DNA of 63,949 bases, filler included, from Conidiobolus incongruus B7586 (taxonomy: Eukaryota): assembly GCA_000697335.1 (NCBI GenBank). It is 31 parts of 31 records of this genome, joined end to end, with 100 filler letters (N's around TTAATTAATTAA, not from the genome) between each part and the next. Parts side by side here need not be neighbours in the genome. Positions count along the whole stretch, not along the records: positions 12,590 to 16,114 come from JNEM01004741.1; positions 16,215 to 19,457 come from JNEM01004742.1; positions 19,558 to 20,605 come from JNEM01004743.1; positions 20,706 to 22,845 come from JNEM01004745.1; positions 22,946 to 24,710 come from JNEM01004746.1; positions 24,811 to 26,199 come from JNEM01004747.1; positions 26,300 to 27,812 come from JNEM01004749.1; 24 more parts are not named here. The stretch is one strand, 5' to 3'. Within the stretch, counting starts at the first letter, position 1. Each line of letters opens with the position of its first letter. The notes under the pieces were generated by a model. That model had not been told where the DNA came from. It searched no databases and was given only the letters and a program-made list of their open reading frames with translations. The position numbers were made by a program, and so were the translations under genes. Shown here piece by piece: positions 14,429 through 27,912 of the stretch.

Positions 14429-14698
14429 ATGAGCGAACATAAAGTATCTAAAGAAGCTGCATCTTTATTCGAATTTTTTGAATCTGGTAAAGGTCACCCG
14501 ACTGGAAAGGGAACTTACAATGAAGAAGTTCAGAAAGCGGCTGAAAACTCCGAAGAACTTGATTCAAAACCTAGACAAGGCTTGACTGATGAAGATGTTT
14601 CGGAGATTCAATCCATTGGAAACCAAGGTAATTACTATACAGGTGCTGATAGTACTACCGCCCAGCTTCAAAGTATCAAAGACCAAAAAAATAAATAA
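14429..14698 (+). CDS. Small hydrophilic protein, 89 aa, with two SMP (seed maturation protein/LEA)-like repeats
   Basis: ATG at 14429, coding-like GC island, followed by aataaa at about 14747. Repeats VSKEAASLFEFFESGKGHPTGKGTYNEEVQKAAE and LTDEDVSEIQSIGNQGNYYTGADSTTAQLQSIKD resemble the SMP pattern (I/V)TxEDAxxIQSAE...AAxxQSAAD. Family call is by eye. Confidence 0.7.
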   Translation: MSEHKVSKEAASLFEFFESGKGHPTGKGTYNEEVQKAAENSEELDSKPRQGLTDEDVSEIQSIGNQGNYYTGADSTTAQLQSIKDQKNK

Positions 14699-16512
14699 TT
14701 AGGCCGATTCTGCTCTCCAGTCAGTTTTTACCATAAATATTGCCTTAATAAAATGTACTTTTGATTTCTATATAACCAAGTGTTTAGAATATTAGATACA
14801 GATGATTTTCAAATATTCAAGCTGTAATTACTATTCCTATTATATTTATTACCAAACCTCATTTTCTACAATATATCCTATTTGAAGCATAAAACAGTAA
14901 TTTGAATGTTATATAATTTAAAATGCAGCTAAATAACATATATACTAAATGTATTTTTTAATTAAACATTCTAAACCCAGGTCTATATCATATCCAATTT
15001 GAAATATAAAAGTATAACATGTAAGAATTTTAATTAATGAATAATTTTTCAATGTTTAATTATAATAAAGAAATTTCAATAGCAAAATATTATATAGAAT
15101 AAATTATTTAAGTTATTTAAACATTGTTATTCTAATATTTTTTCAATTTGATTGATCAATATTTTTATAATTACATTTAATAGATATAATAATAATAATT
15201 TTTGGAATAAATATTTTAGAAAATAAAGAAATAATTTTAATTTCAAAATAAAATCATATGTTATTAAATTTATATATATATCAAATTTATGTTAATTACA
15301 GATTTATTATATTATGACATTAAGATTAATATTATTAATATGTAATATTAACCCTTTTTCTAAATCATTTAAATTTGCTTAAGTTTTTGTATAATATGAA
15401 CTTTCATTATTTCAACTTTAAACTCTTCACCAAATTTAATAAGAAAGATTTCACCTTTTTTAATCAATTAAGTAAAATTTGTAATAAAAAAACTCAAAAT
15501 AATATAAAATCTCAATTTTTTTAATGAATAATAATAATTTGATATTAAAATTTAAAAATAACTATTATAAAATACCTTAAATTATTTCATTCAGATTATA
15601 TTAATACTCAATAGACAAATGGAGAAGCTTCATAGAAGCTATACTATAATTTATTTCTTAAGTGAGAAAAACAAAATGCACCACTTAAGGATCATATGCA
15701 TCCAAAGTTCAAAACGAATGAATTAAACCACAATATTGAATCTGGTGAAGGATTTAGTCAACAAATTGTAGCTATCATTCAATCAATTTGTTATCGCTTT
15801 GGATTTTATTCAGTTGCTGGTAATACTATATCAGAAATGCAAAGCTTAGCCTGTTCTGAGTTAAAAGATTTTCTACTGTATGATAAAATTAAGTTATTAT
15901 TTTTATACTCACAGTTATTTATATTATGATTATTAAGTCATTTTGATTTTTATGTACAATTTATTATTATAACTTTTAATATATATTATAAAATAAGATA
16001 AAAAATTATTATATAATAATATTTTAATAAAATTTTAAAATTATTTTTATTAAAATAGAATAATAATATTAAAATTAAGTTTATAATAATATAACTTACT
16101 ATAATAATAATTTANNNNNNNNNNNNNNNNNNNNNNNNNNNNNNNNNNNNNNNNNNNNTTAATTAATTAANNNNNNNNNNNNNNNNNNNNNNNNNNNNNN
16201 NNNNNNNNNNNNNNATTTATAAATTAAATCTTAAACTAATTAATTAAATATAAATATTAATATTGAATATATTATCAAATTTTTAAATATATTTTTAATA
16301 AATATAAAGAATTAGGATATTGAACTTGGAATTTTAAATCAATTGAATTTTTAACAAATTAATAATTTATTATTATTTATATTGACAAAGAAAATCAAAT
16401 TTTGGTGCAAATTGATTAGAATATCCTCATTAATCATAAATTTACAAAATATTATAAATTCTTTTAAAATAATTAACAAATTGAAATAAAATTTTATTGT
16501 TTAAATAGAAGT

Positions 16513-17921
16513 CTAAGACCTGATCATAACTTTACCCATATTCTTCTTATTCTTCTTACGTTGTTCCTTCTCCTCAAATTTACGTTGAGCATCTGGGCTC
16601 ATCTTCATCACCTGTTCCAATTCCTTTCGCCTGCGCTCAGCTACTCGGTTCTCCACCTCTTCGCGCTGGAGTTGGGTCTCCTCCTTGGCGAGTTCCTTGT
16701 AGGCTTCGTCTCTGATCTTTTTCAATTTAGTTTTGACATCCATACGAAGCTTTGGCATAGTGTGCAAATGATCTATCAAATCCATCAAGAATTTGTGAAG
16801 GTTATCAATCTTAGTCTTGTCGTTAGTGTACTTGTACTTGAAAGTGAGGATTTTGGAACTATTCACGGGTACGTTGGTAGGTTTGACTGTAGGTTGGTCG
16901 CTAATAACAACTTCCAATAATTCGTCCTTAATCTTGGCGATTTGACCAGCGATATGGGATGTGACAATCTGATTGGTAATGTCAGAATGTTCAGTTAACA
17001 CTACGAGACCTTGGGGCAAAGCTTTAACAGTAGTTTGCTTAGTGAAAATATTAATATCATGACGATCTCTCCTCAATTGATTAGCTAATTTCCTAGGCAA
17101 AATACTAAAGATGAAAGCGTCCATATCGTCGGGTAAAGGAATACTAATACTGACATGATCTTCAATGGGAGAATAGAGAGAGTACAAGAATTTTATAATA
17201 TCGTGTCTAGGGAACATGAAGATATGGCCGTACATTAATTTACACCCAACTCGACCGCTAGCATAAAAGATAAAATCGTCGGGACCATTCTTCATAACAA
17301 AGTAATCACGTTCGTCTCCGATTTGAGCAAATTGAGTAGTAAAGTAATCAAAAGAATTTTCCAACCTAATAATATTAATAATTTATTTTTTAATAATAAA
17401 AATTATTTACCATTTTTTTGCCATCAATTCATTCTTATTAGCACCTTTATAATAGACCATAAAATAAACTAATAACAATACAATTAATCCTAATTCTCTA
17501 TAGATTTGAGAAAATTTTAAGGAATCTAAACTATTCATTAATATATAATTTGTAGATAGTAGAATATTAGTTACAGATTCTTTGTAATACTTCTTTAAAT
17601 GTCTTGGGTGAACGATATTGAGGACCTTTGGCATTACTATTGGGTTTGAGAACTTGAGTTTCAGTACTGGATTGTTCTGAGACTGTAGAGGCAGTAGTTT
17701 GCTCAGGTTGAACTAAAGTGGTGGTGACGGCATTGTAATCGTAATCGTAATCATCATAATTATCTAAAGATTGAATGTAATCATAAGACTAAGGGTTAGC
17801 GATAGAGCATATATACTATATTACCTTGGATATTATTGTTATTATCGCTGTTAGTATCAGCTGAAACTAATAAGATGACCAAACTTAAGGTCATCAAAAA
17901 AGTAACCAATTTGAATTTCAT
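16513..17921 (-). CDS. CCDC47: CCDC47 / DUF1682 family ER membrane protein (PAT complex subunit homolog), 417 aa, 4 exons
   Basis: Exons 17921-17825, 17763-17575, 17525-17411, 17365-16513. GT-AG introns of 61, 49 and 45 nt join in frame (1254 nt). Signal peptide MKFKLVTFLMTLSLVILLVSA, acidic S/T-rich lumenal segment, one TM (ELGLIVLLLVYFMVYYKG) then GANKNELMAKKW, FYASGRVGC motif, charged coiled-coil tail ending MSPDAQRKFEEKEQRKKNKK. Confidence 0.9.
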
Positions 17922-18741
17922 CTTCTTGAATTGATTTAATAACTCAGTTTAATTTACTAATAATTATTTAGTTAAACTATTATTAATATTTATTGTTATT
18001 ATTATTTTTATCAATTTTTGAAAAAATTTGAAGAATATTTGAATATTTGGATAATAGATATTCAAGTCACCAAAGTGATTTAAATTTTTCTTGTATAATG
18101 TTTGTTTAAAAACTAGTTATGGGATTAAATTGTTTAATTGGTCAAATTGGTTAATTGAACTTAAGGAAAAAATTTTAAATTTTAGTAATGAAGGTGCATT
18201 GAAAGGAGAAAAAAAATTAATAATTTTTTACTCTTTCGTTTAATTGTGTTGATAACAAAATTTTCTCAATATTAGAATATTAGTTGGAATCAAATATTCT
18301 ATAATTTTATTCATTATTATTATGAAATTTATATGTTAAAAATAAAAAACATTAATTTACTGAAATAATTCTTAAATAAATCAATTTTATAACTTTATTA
18401 GTATCAATCATTACTATATGATTAAAACTTTAAACACAATATTTGAATCAAAATGAAACTATTATAAATTAAGAAATATTGAATGCATAATTTTATTTAA
18501 TGATTAATGATTCTTTTATTAATATTTAAAATAGTTTTTTCTGTTTTGATATTCGAATATGTTAATGTTTTTATTTACAAAAATATTCAATGTTCTTCAA
18601 ATAAATTAGTATATAAGTAAAAAATTGACCATACTATACCAAATACTTAATATTTTATATAGTATAATTGGGCTTTATATTATAATATATGCTATTATAA
18701 AATATATTTTTATTCCCTTATAATCTGTATTTTCATAAATA

Positions 18742-19457
18742 TTACTTTGTAATTTAAATAATGGGAATTTTTTGCAATTGAAAAAAATTAAACATTTTAA
18801 TATATAAAAAGTAAAAATAAATATATAATATAAAATTAATAATTTTTTTATTTTTAATAACTTTTTGCTATATTTTTAACAAAGTTCTAACACTTAAAAA
18901 ATAATTCTTTTTATTAAAGACTAAAATTTGATATTTTACCAATTAATTAAATTTTTTTAAAGAAATTTTCTTTCTTGTAATCTAGTTTTTTAATTACTTA
19001 AAACAATTATAATTACATAAATTATAATCTAAAAAATCTACTAAATATGGTAGTTTTTTCTAGTTATATTTAATTAAAAAATTTTTTATAGCTTTAAATT
19101 TATATATTTTATAATAATTATATAAAATAATAGGTTTTTTTAATTATACTAATTATTAATTAGAAATAATTTTTTTAAAAAATAATATAAAGTTTATTAT
19201 TAATTGATTTTTCTTTAAAAATTAAATAAGAATAGCATATGATATTATAATTTATAATAATAATTAACATTTATTTATCAATATAATATTTATTTAAAAG
19301 AATTTATAAAGGAGGTTAATTTAATTTAATTTAATATCTTGATTTATATTTTAATTCAAGATTATATAAAAAGATTTAAAATTCATCAATTATAATAATT
19401 TATAATAAAAGATTTAGTTCCTAAATATATCTTAATAAATTTTATTTAATAATCATT
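18742..19457 (-). mobile_element. Mutated mariner, 3' half
   Basis: TA followed by TIR ttactttgtaatttaaataatgggaattttttgcaattg. attcatcaat (IDE, first catalytic D) at about 19381. Confidence 0.85.
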
Positions 19458-20706
19458 NNNNNNNNNNNNNNNNNNNNNNNNNNNNNNNNNNNNNNNNNNN
19501 NTTAATTAATTAANNNNNNNNNNNNNNNNNNNNNNNNNNNNNNNNNNNNNNNNNNNNATATAAAATATTAATTAAATATTTATTTTTTATTAACTATCAT
19601 ATATTTAATTTTCAACCCAAGTTATTTATTTAATTTTACTTATTTATTATCTTTTTTTAGTATTATTTAATTATTAGATAGGTTATATTATATAATACAA
19701 AGATAAAAATTATTTTATTATCTAGATAGTTATATAAATAATTCTTCTATTATTATATTTTTTATATATAATAAAATTCATAATAATTAAACTTTATATT
19801 AAAAAATAATAGCGTCAATCAAGGTTTTAGAAAAAATACTATACTAGACTTAATTAAGCAAATATATCATCAGAGCTTAAATTAGTATATTAAAATATAT
19901 AGGAGAATATTTAATAAGCTAGCTAGTTAATAAATTTATAAATATTTGATATAAATATATTAAGTCATATTAATTAACCAGAGTAAGTTCATTAGTTAAA
20001 ATATAAATAACAATTTATTAATTAAAATTTAATCAAATTATTTTGATTATAATCTAAGAAATATAAAAGATATTTTGAATTGAAATTAATTAAAATAGTA
20101 AGATAATATGTAGTTTATTGTTATATACTAAAGTTATTAAAAATATTGACCAAGATAGTGATTATGAAACGTTTTGATTAATTAAGAACCTGGTTAAAAT
20201 ATTTGGTAATCCATTTAAGCTAAAGCTATAGAAATTAGGATTCAAGTTGAATTTAATATTTATAACAAAGATAGTAATTATTTAAATACTCTCAGTATAT
20301 CAAAATTGGTGTAAAATATATAAATGGTTTTAATTTAGTTAAATCAAGTTATAAACCAGACCAAAATGCTATAAAATATTGAAGTTTGAATTATCAAAAT
20401 ATTTTTCTTATTTAAGATATTTAATTCAATAAATCAAAAAATAACGTACTTTATCTAAAGCAGATATATTTTGATAAATCATAAATATTTTAATTTAATT
20501 TAATACTATTCTTAAATATAATAGTTGATAAAATAATTTAATATATATTAATTATATATAATATCATAATTTAAGAGAATTCCAATAAAAAACATAATTA
20601 TTAATNNNNNNNNNNNNNNNNNNNNNNNNNNNNNNNNNNNNNNNNNNNNTTAATTAATTAANNNNNNNNNNNNNNNNNNNNNNNNNNNNNNNNNNNNNNN
20701 NNNNNG

Positions 20707-20735
20707 ATTTTATAAATCATTTCTATAGGTTAGTA
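20707..20735 (+). mobile_element. Tc1 terminal TIR remnant at contig start
   Basis: attttataaatcatttctataggttagta followed by TA matches the Tc1 terminus consensus ATTTTATGACTCACTTTTGCAGGCTAGTG. Confidence 0.65.
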
Positions 20736-21199
20736 TAGTAAATTTTATTTATTTTTTAAAAAAAATATTTTTAATTGGTATTCTTAATATAATTTAAGAA
20801 AACCTATTATTTTTTATAATAATTATAAAATAAATAAATCTAAAGTAATAAAAAACTATCTATTTATAAATTATTAAAAAAATACTATATCTAGTATATT
20901 CTTTAAGTTATAACCTATATGATTATAATTGCCTTAGGTAATTAAAAAACTAATTTATAAAAAAATAATTTTTGTAAGAGAATTTAATTAGTTTATAAAA
21001 CATCAAATTTTAGTCTTTAATAAAAAGAAATATTTTTTAAGTACTAAAAGTTTATTAAAAATATAGCAAAAAGTGATTAATAATAAAAAAACTATTGAAT
21101 CTATATTATATATTTATTTTGATATACTATATATTATATATTAAAATGTTTATTAACTTTTAATCATAAAAAATTCTCCATATTAAAAATATAGAGTAA
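20736..21199 (+). mobile_element. Mutated mariner 3' part, interrupted by Tc1
   Basis: Matches 63390-63840. Ends aaaaattctccatattaaaaatatagagtaa followed by TA. Confidence 0.8.
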
Positions 21200-23137
21200 T
21201 AGTCAAAAATATAATTTGATATAATTATCCTAATCACTATTATGTTCTAAAGGTATTTTTGCTAATATTTCATTAAGTATTATTATATTATTTTATTGAT
21301 CTATTTATAAATAAAGTATATGGTAAACCTATATATTTATAATTTAACATTGTATTTAATTTTTTAAGGAAACCATTAATAAAATATTTATCTTGATTAA
21401 TAAATATTTTTTTAAATATATTAAAATTATAGATTATTATTCTATAAAATATACTTACTATATATACTAATAAACTATTTATTATTCGAATTATTACTAG
21501 CTATCTACTAAAATATTTTTTTATTATAATTATATATTTAAATCGATATATTTTTTTAAAAGGTTTATAAAGTTTAATCCGAAGATATCAGAAATTCCTT
21601 ATAAAAGTTTAAGTGAATTTATATTTAATTGCTATATTTTTCCTATTCCAAAAAGAGTTTCTAATTAAATTTGTGTTAATTATCTCTTTTCCTTAAAAGC
21701 TATATTTATATAAGACTCTATTAATCCTTTTATTAATGTTATCCTTAAACTGTTTAATATTTGCTTTTAAATTTCTAGTTTTATTTAATCTCCCTTTAGA
21801 TTTCAGTAATATTTGATTTTATATCTATTAAAATGATATTTAAAATTATTTATATTTTTTTTAATTGAATATACTAATTTTAGCTTTAATTTTTTTATTA
21901 CTACTTCTTAACTTAATATCTTTTAAAACTATTTTTTTTAAATAACTAACTTAATTAACTCAACGAAATTTAAATCTAGATATTAATCAATAATCTTATA
22001 ATGTATTTCCTTAATTTTTCTTTAAAATCTTAAACAAAAATTTCTTTAATATCAATAAGGTTTTTGTTAACTAATTTATAATATTATATTATAATTCTAG
22101 CTAAAAAAATCTTCAACTGTTATTTATATAACTAAATTATTTTATGTATTTATTTTAGTATAACTTTTTAATAATTTAGAGGAAAGAATTTAATTTTAAA
22201 TTTTTAGCTAAATTAATTCCAGATAATATATTTTATTTTAAAGATTTAACTTAAATATTATAACTTTATATTAATATTTATAGCTTTCTTAAAATTACTT
22301 AAATCTTTTTTATTTTATAAAACTTCTAGTTCTTTATTAATTTAAGCCGTTTTTAACTAATATATTTTGTTTTAAAAAGTATATAAATAAAAAAATTTTT
22401 CCAAAAATATATCCTTTCTTAAATTTTAATTTAAAAAGCTATTTCAACTAAATTATAACTAGTTTTTAAGATAAGATAGTTCTGATTGGTTATATCTAAT
22501 AGAAATTTTGATTAAGCTAGGTTTTTATTATTTAAATCTTTCAAATATTGAAAACCTGATTGCCATTTTCATAGGTTTATTCTTAACTTAATAGTTGATT
22601 TGTTATTATAATATTAATATTATTATTTTTTAAAATTCTTTTAAATATCTTCAATCCAAATTAATTTTATAAATCTGTATATATATAGAAAAATAGCTTG
22701 ATAATATAAGATATTAAAATTATAATTCTCCAATATTAAAAGATATTAATAATTTAGTTTTCTATATATAATCCTTAAAAGAATATAAAATACTATATAT
22801 AATAAATAAAATAATGGTTTTAAAACTTATTTGTTATTTAGATAANNNNNNNNNNNNNNNNNNNNNNNNNNNNNNNNNNNNNNNNNNNNTTAATTAATTA
22901 ANNNNNNNNNNNNNNNNNNNNNNNNNNNNNNNNNNNNNNNNNNNNTTCTAAATATAATTAAAATATATTTAATATAGATTTATATATAAATATATCTTAT
23001 TAATTAAAACAATGATTTGTTATGTTTATTATTATTAATGATATTTTATAACTTTGTATATATAAGATATTATATATTCTTTGATATATTAAATTTATAT
23101 TTATACTATTAAAATAAACTTACAATAAAAATATATA

Positions 23138-24695
23138 TACTAGCTTACAAAAGTGAGTCATAAAATTAAACATATATATATTTCTATTAATATCTTAATC
23201 AATTCTAAGTTAGATAAACTTATATTAAACTATATAATTAATATTTATTTTTATTTATAATATAATTTATAAACTTAAATTTAATCAATTATTAATTGAT
23301 ATATTAAAATTAAAATATACTTAAGATAAGTTATAAATTTGTAAGTTTTAATATTGATAGAAAAATTTATATCTAGTATATCTATCTTTAGCTTTTCTAA
23401 CTTCTTTAAGTTTATAGTGTATAAAGCTAATTATCTTATTATATTAAGCAATACTAATATTCCTTTAAGCTTTTTAAATATACTTTTGAAATTGATTAAA
23501 ATTTTTTGTTGGTGGGAAAGCTTTAATTGATTTTTTTAATTGATCTTAAAGATATTAAATTAGGTTAAAATTAAAAGATTGAGTAGGGTATTTCATTAAA
23601 GTTATTTTTTTATTTTTAAGCTATTTAACAGTAGAATTTGTAGTATAACCAGGTATATTATCTTATTAGAAATAATATTTGATTTCTTTAATCTATATCA
23701 CTTAATAGTTTTTTTCAATTCATTGTTTAGAATACTTTAGTACATTTTAGCATTAATTCCCTCATTAACCCTATAAAAATACTATATATCTAAAGATAAT
23801 ATATATTCCTATACTATAATTAACCTATTATTATTTTTTTAGGTTATAATAACATGATGGTTATAAAATAGTTTTTTATCTTTTTAGAAACATCTAGCTT
23901 CTTTATTACATTTATTAAGATATATTTTTGTTTTGTTAAACTAAATAACTTTACTCTAGTTAATTATAATTCAACTTTAATATTGATATTTAAACTCCTA
24001 CCTAACTTTATAATAAGACTTATTTAGTTAAAGGTGTTTTTTTCTCAAAATGTAAGTGATATCTATTCTAACATAAAATATATATAATTATACTAGTATT
24101 AACTAATATTCATATATAGCCTTGTAATTTTTATTATATTTCTATAATAGTATTATATTTACCTGTATTAACTAATTTATAAATATACTTTTCATCATGC
24201 TTATTTATAATTTTAATATATTTTAGATTTAATTTAAGTGTTTTTTTAATATTGTTTTTAATAACCTTAACTATAGTAGATTATCTAACATTAGTAATTT
24301 TAGCAATCTTACAAGTTAATTTATTTTTATTATAAAGTTGATTAATAGATAAATGAACCTTTTTATAAAAAGATTTAGGCATTATAATATTAATTTTAAA
24401 ATATTATCTTAATAATTTTATAATATATATAATATAACAAAAGAAAGAGAAGATATAAATAAGTTTTGCTATTTATACCCTTTTAACTTATAAAGATATA
24501 AATTTATAACTCACTTTGGTAAAATTTTATGTTTTGATATATTAATTAAAAATAAAAAGAAATATAATCAAATATAGTTCTTTAAAATTAATTATTATAA
24601 GTAAACTATATTTTGAATTTATATTTTTTAATTAAGAATTGTTTAAGTAAATATTTAAATAATTTTGATTTTATACTTAATTTTATAGGTTAATA
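23138..24695 (-). mobile_element. Full-length mutated Tc1 (DD34E) element
   Basis: TA followed by tactagcttacaaaagtgagtcataaaa at left. Inner repeats at about 23325 and 24505, outer terminus ttttataggttaata followed by TA at about 24695. Transposase relic colinear with 55213-56229. Confidence 0.88.
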
Positions 24696-27653
24696 TATTT
24701 TAGAATAATTNNNNNNNNNNNNNNNNNNNNNNNNNNNNNNNNNNNNNNNNNNNNTTAATTAATTAANNNNNNNNNNNNNNNNNNNNNNNNNNNNNNNNNN
24801 NNNNNNNNNNAATTTATATAAATATATTAATCAATTCTACTGTAAAATTAATTTTATATAAATAATATATAATATATATAATATTTTTCCTTTTAATTAT
24901 TTCATAATATGAATTGATATAGTATATTTTAAATAAATATTCTATTAATGCTGAAATAATTTATAAGTTGATATTTTATTTCATTAATTAATATTGAGGG
25001 TAAAACTTAAGTATTTGTAATATTATATAGAATTGCTTTAAATATCCAAAAGTATTATTATTTATATAATAAATAAAAGATAATAAGTAATTAATCAACC
25101 TAAACATAGTTTCTTATATTTATGTATTAAAATACATTTGGAAATTATTAATATCGAATTTTTTAAATTATCCTATAGTATTAAACCATTTTGAAACTTC
25201 AAATGCTTTATTTTTAATACCATCTTAATTAGCTACTTGAATATATATATTCTAATTATAATAGATCTAGGTATAATAAGTTGAAAATTTCTTGCTATTC
25301 TTTATTATCATTAAATAATTTTGTAATAAGCCAATGTATCTATGTTATATAACAATAAAGTTTATTTATAATTAATTTTTACTCCAGTAAGTTATTAGTG
25401 TAATATATTTTTTTTATTTTTAATTATAATTTAATTTAACTTTCGGTGTTTAAATAAATATAAAATCATAAAACTTAATTTTAAGATATGTAAAAGACAT
25501 ATATAATGATAAGATTTGGGGTAATTCTAAATTTCGATATTTAAAATTTTTTTAAATAAATTCATAATTGGAGCCAATAAACTATTAAAAAAGCTTAAAT
25601 TCAAAATAATGTTGTTGAGTGTGGATACCAAGGTTATGGATGAATCCCATTGAAAGATACCACATAACGAAGATAATACATAAATCAGCTAACGGGAAAT
25701 CCTCATTATAAAAAACTTTTGAAATAAGAGCGAGCTTTTTGTTTAATACATTATATTAATTGATATTTATTTAAAAATTTATTTTGATTGATTAAAGATA
25801 ACTACTTGAAATGAAAATTCTAATAATAATATTCTTTATATCAAAGTCATTGGAGTTGTAAATAATGGAAGTTCATATTATAGGTAATAAATTTGGTTAT
25901 ATTTATAAGATTATTAAGGATTGTAAATATTAATTAATATATATTATTAAATTTATTATAATTATGAATTTAACTTTGATTATTAAAATATAAGATATTA
26001 TAATATATTTAAAATAAAATTATTCTTATTAATTATATTAGTAAAATTAATATAATAATATATAAAATTATAAAATATATAGTTTAATTTTAATTAATTT
26101 AAAATATTTAATTTTTTGCAAATCTAAGAGTTATGGTTTTAATATAAATATAAATTATATTTGTTAAAATTCTATTATAATAATTTTCAACAAATATATN
26201 NNNNNNNNNNNNNNNNNNNNNNNNNNNNNNNNNNNNNNNNNNNTTAATTAATTAANNNNNNNNNNNNNNNNNNNNNNNNNNNNNNNNNNNNNNNNNNNNT
26301 ATTATTTTTTTGATAATTATATAGATATTAATAAAATTATTGATATAATTATAAACAATAAGTTATTATATAAAATAACTTTGATTGAACTATTTATCCT
26401 TTATTTTATATTATATTTTCAAGGTTATATTTACCAAGTTTTATATTAATTAATTAAAGATATATTTTTCAAATAAAATGAATATTTATCATATATATCA
26501 ATTTATGGATATATTATTTTTTACTTAATAAATTAAGTAATTTGAATAATTATATTATATTAATAAAACATTCTGATCATTTTAATAAAACTTATTTTAA
26601 TATAATTAAGAAAATTAATTAAAAAACTTATTTAATTATAATTACTTATTAAGGTTTAGTTAAAAAACTTATGATATTCTTGTAAAATCTATTTAAAATT
26701 TAAACTATATATTTAAAACTATAAAATTAAAATAATTGCTTAAAATCAAAAATGGATATATATATACCAAAATTAGTAAGAATATTAAACATCCGTAATT
26801 TCAATTATTTCTATACCAGGTTATTATTCTAATAATTTTTAATTATTTAACGATTTAATATTTAAGTAATTAATATTAAAATTAATACATAAGTTTATTG
26901 ATTTATAATCTTATTATAAAACTTAAATATTATTGAAAAAATTAAATTTGGAATAATTAATGACATTTTATTTTTTAATAAAAAACGATATAAATTTATT
27001 TATTTCAATATATATAAGTATTTAGTTGAGATCCATGATATTTTTGTTAATATCAAAAATAAGTTGATAAAAAAAATATTATTTAAAATATTTCAACTAG
27101 TTCCTAATAAAGATAGTACTTATTTGGATTGTAATTACAAGTTATCGAAATATTTACAATATTTTCAATTTATACTATATATTTAGAAATCTATTAAAGA
27201 TAAGAAATTTCAACATTATTTAACTAAAATAAACAAATTCGATTTGATTTTTGGTATTTTAAGAGAAGACAATGGTTAAATTTATAAAAACTATATTAAG
27301 ACTCTTTCCTATTTCAGTGTTATATTTTTAAATCTAACTTCTTTATAATTGGCTATATACACTCAAAATATTATAAATATTTATTGATTGATTCATTTAA
27401 AAAACTTAAATCAAAATCTTATTAATAATTTAAATCTTTTAAACTTTTAGAAACCAACTAATTTTTGATCAAATTTGATAATAACATTGATAATAGCTAT
27501 TGGATTAAGTTTGACTTTCACAATATTGATTAATCAACAACTACTATCATTTTTATTATTTATACATTTTGACATTTATATAATATTTATTTTTTATTTA
27601 TATTTTGATATATATTATTTAAATTTCTTTATTTCATCTTATTATTTTTAATA

Positions 27654-27812
27654 TTATTTTATAATTTAAATAATGGGAATTTTTTGTAATTGAAAAAAAT
27701 AAACATTTTAATATATAAAAAGTAAAAATAAATATATAATATAAAATTAATAATTTCTTTTATTTTTAATAATTTTTTGCTCTATTTTTAATAAAGATTT
27801 AATAGTTAAAAA
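27654..27812 (-). mobile_element. Mariner 3' terminal fragment
   Basis: Nearly identical to 18742-18900 (aatttaaataatgggaattttttgtaattgaaaaaa). Confidence 0.85.
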
Positions 27813-27912
27813 NNNNNNNNNNNNNNNNNNNNNNNNNNNNNNNNNNNNNNNNNNNNTTAATTAATTAANNNNNNNNNNNNNNNNNNNNNNNNNNNNNNNN
27901 NNNNNNNNNNNN

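Noticed and set aside
16561..16920. 119-aa + strand ORF
   Set aside because: Antisense shadow of CCDC47 exon 4.
17407..17634. 75-aa ORF as a separate gene
   Set aside because: Its second half is CCDC47 exon 3. The first half is an off-frame read of exon 2 plus an intron.
17789..17794. Proximal AG acceptor for CCDC47 intron 1
   Set aside because: Gives an immediate in-frame TGA. The acceptor at 17764 keeps the frame.
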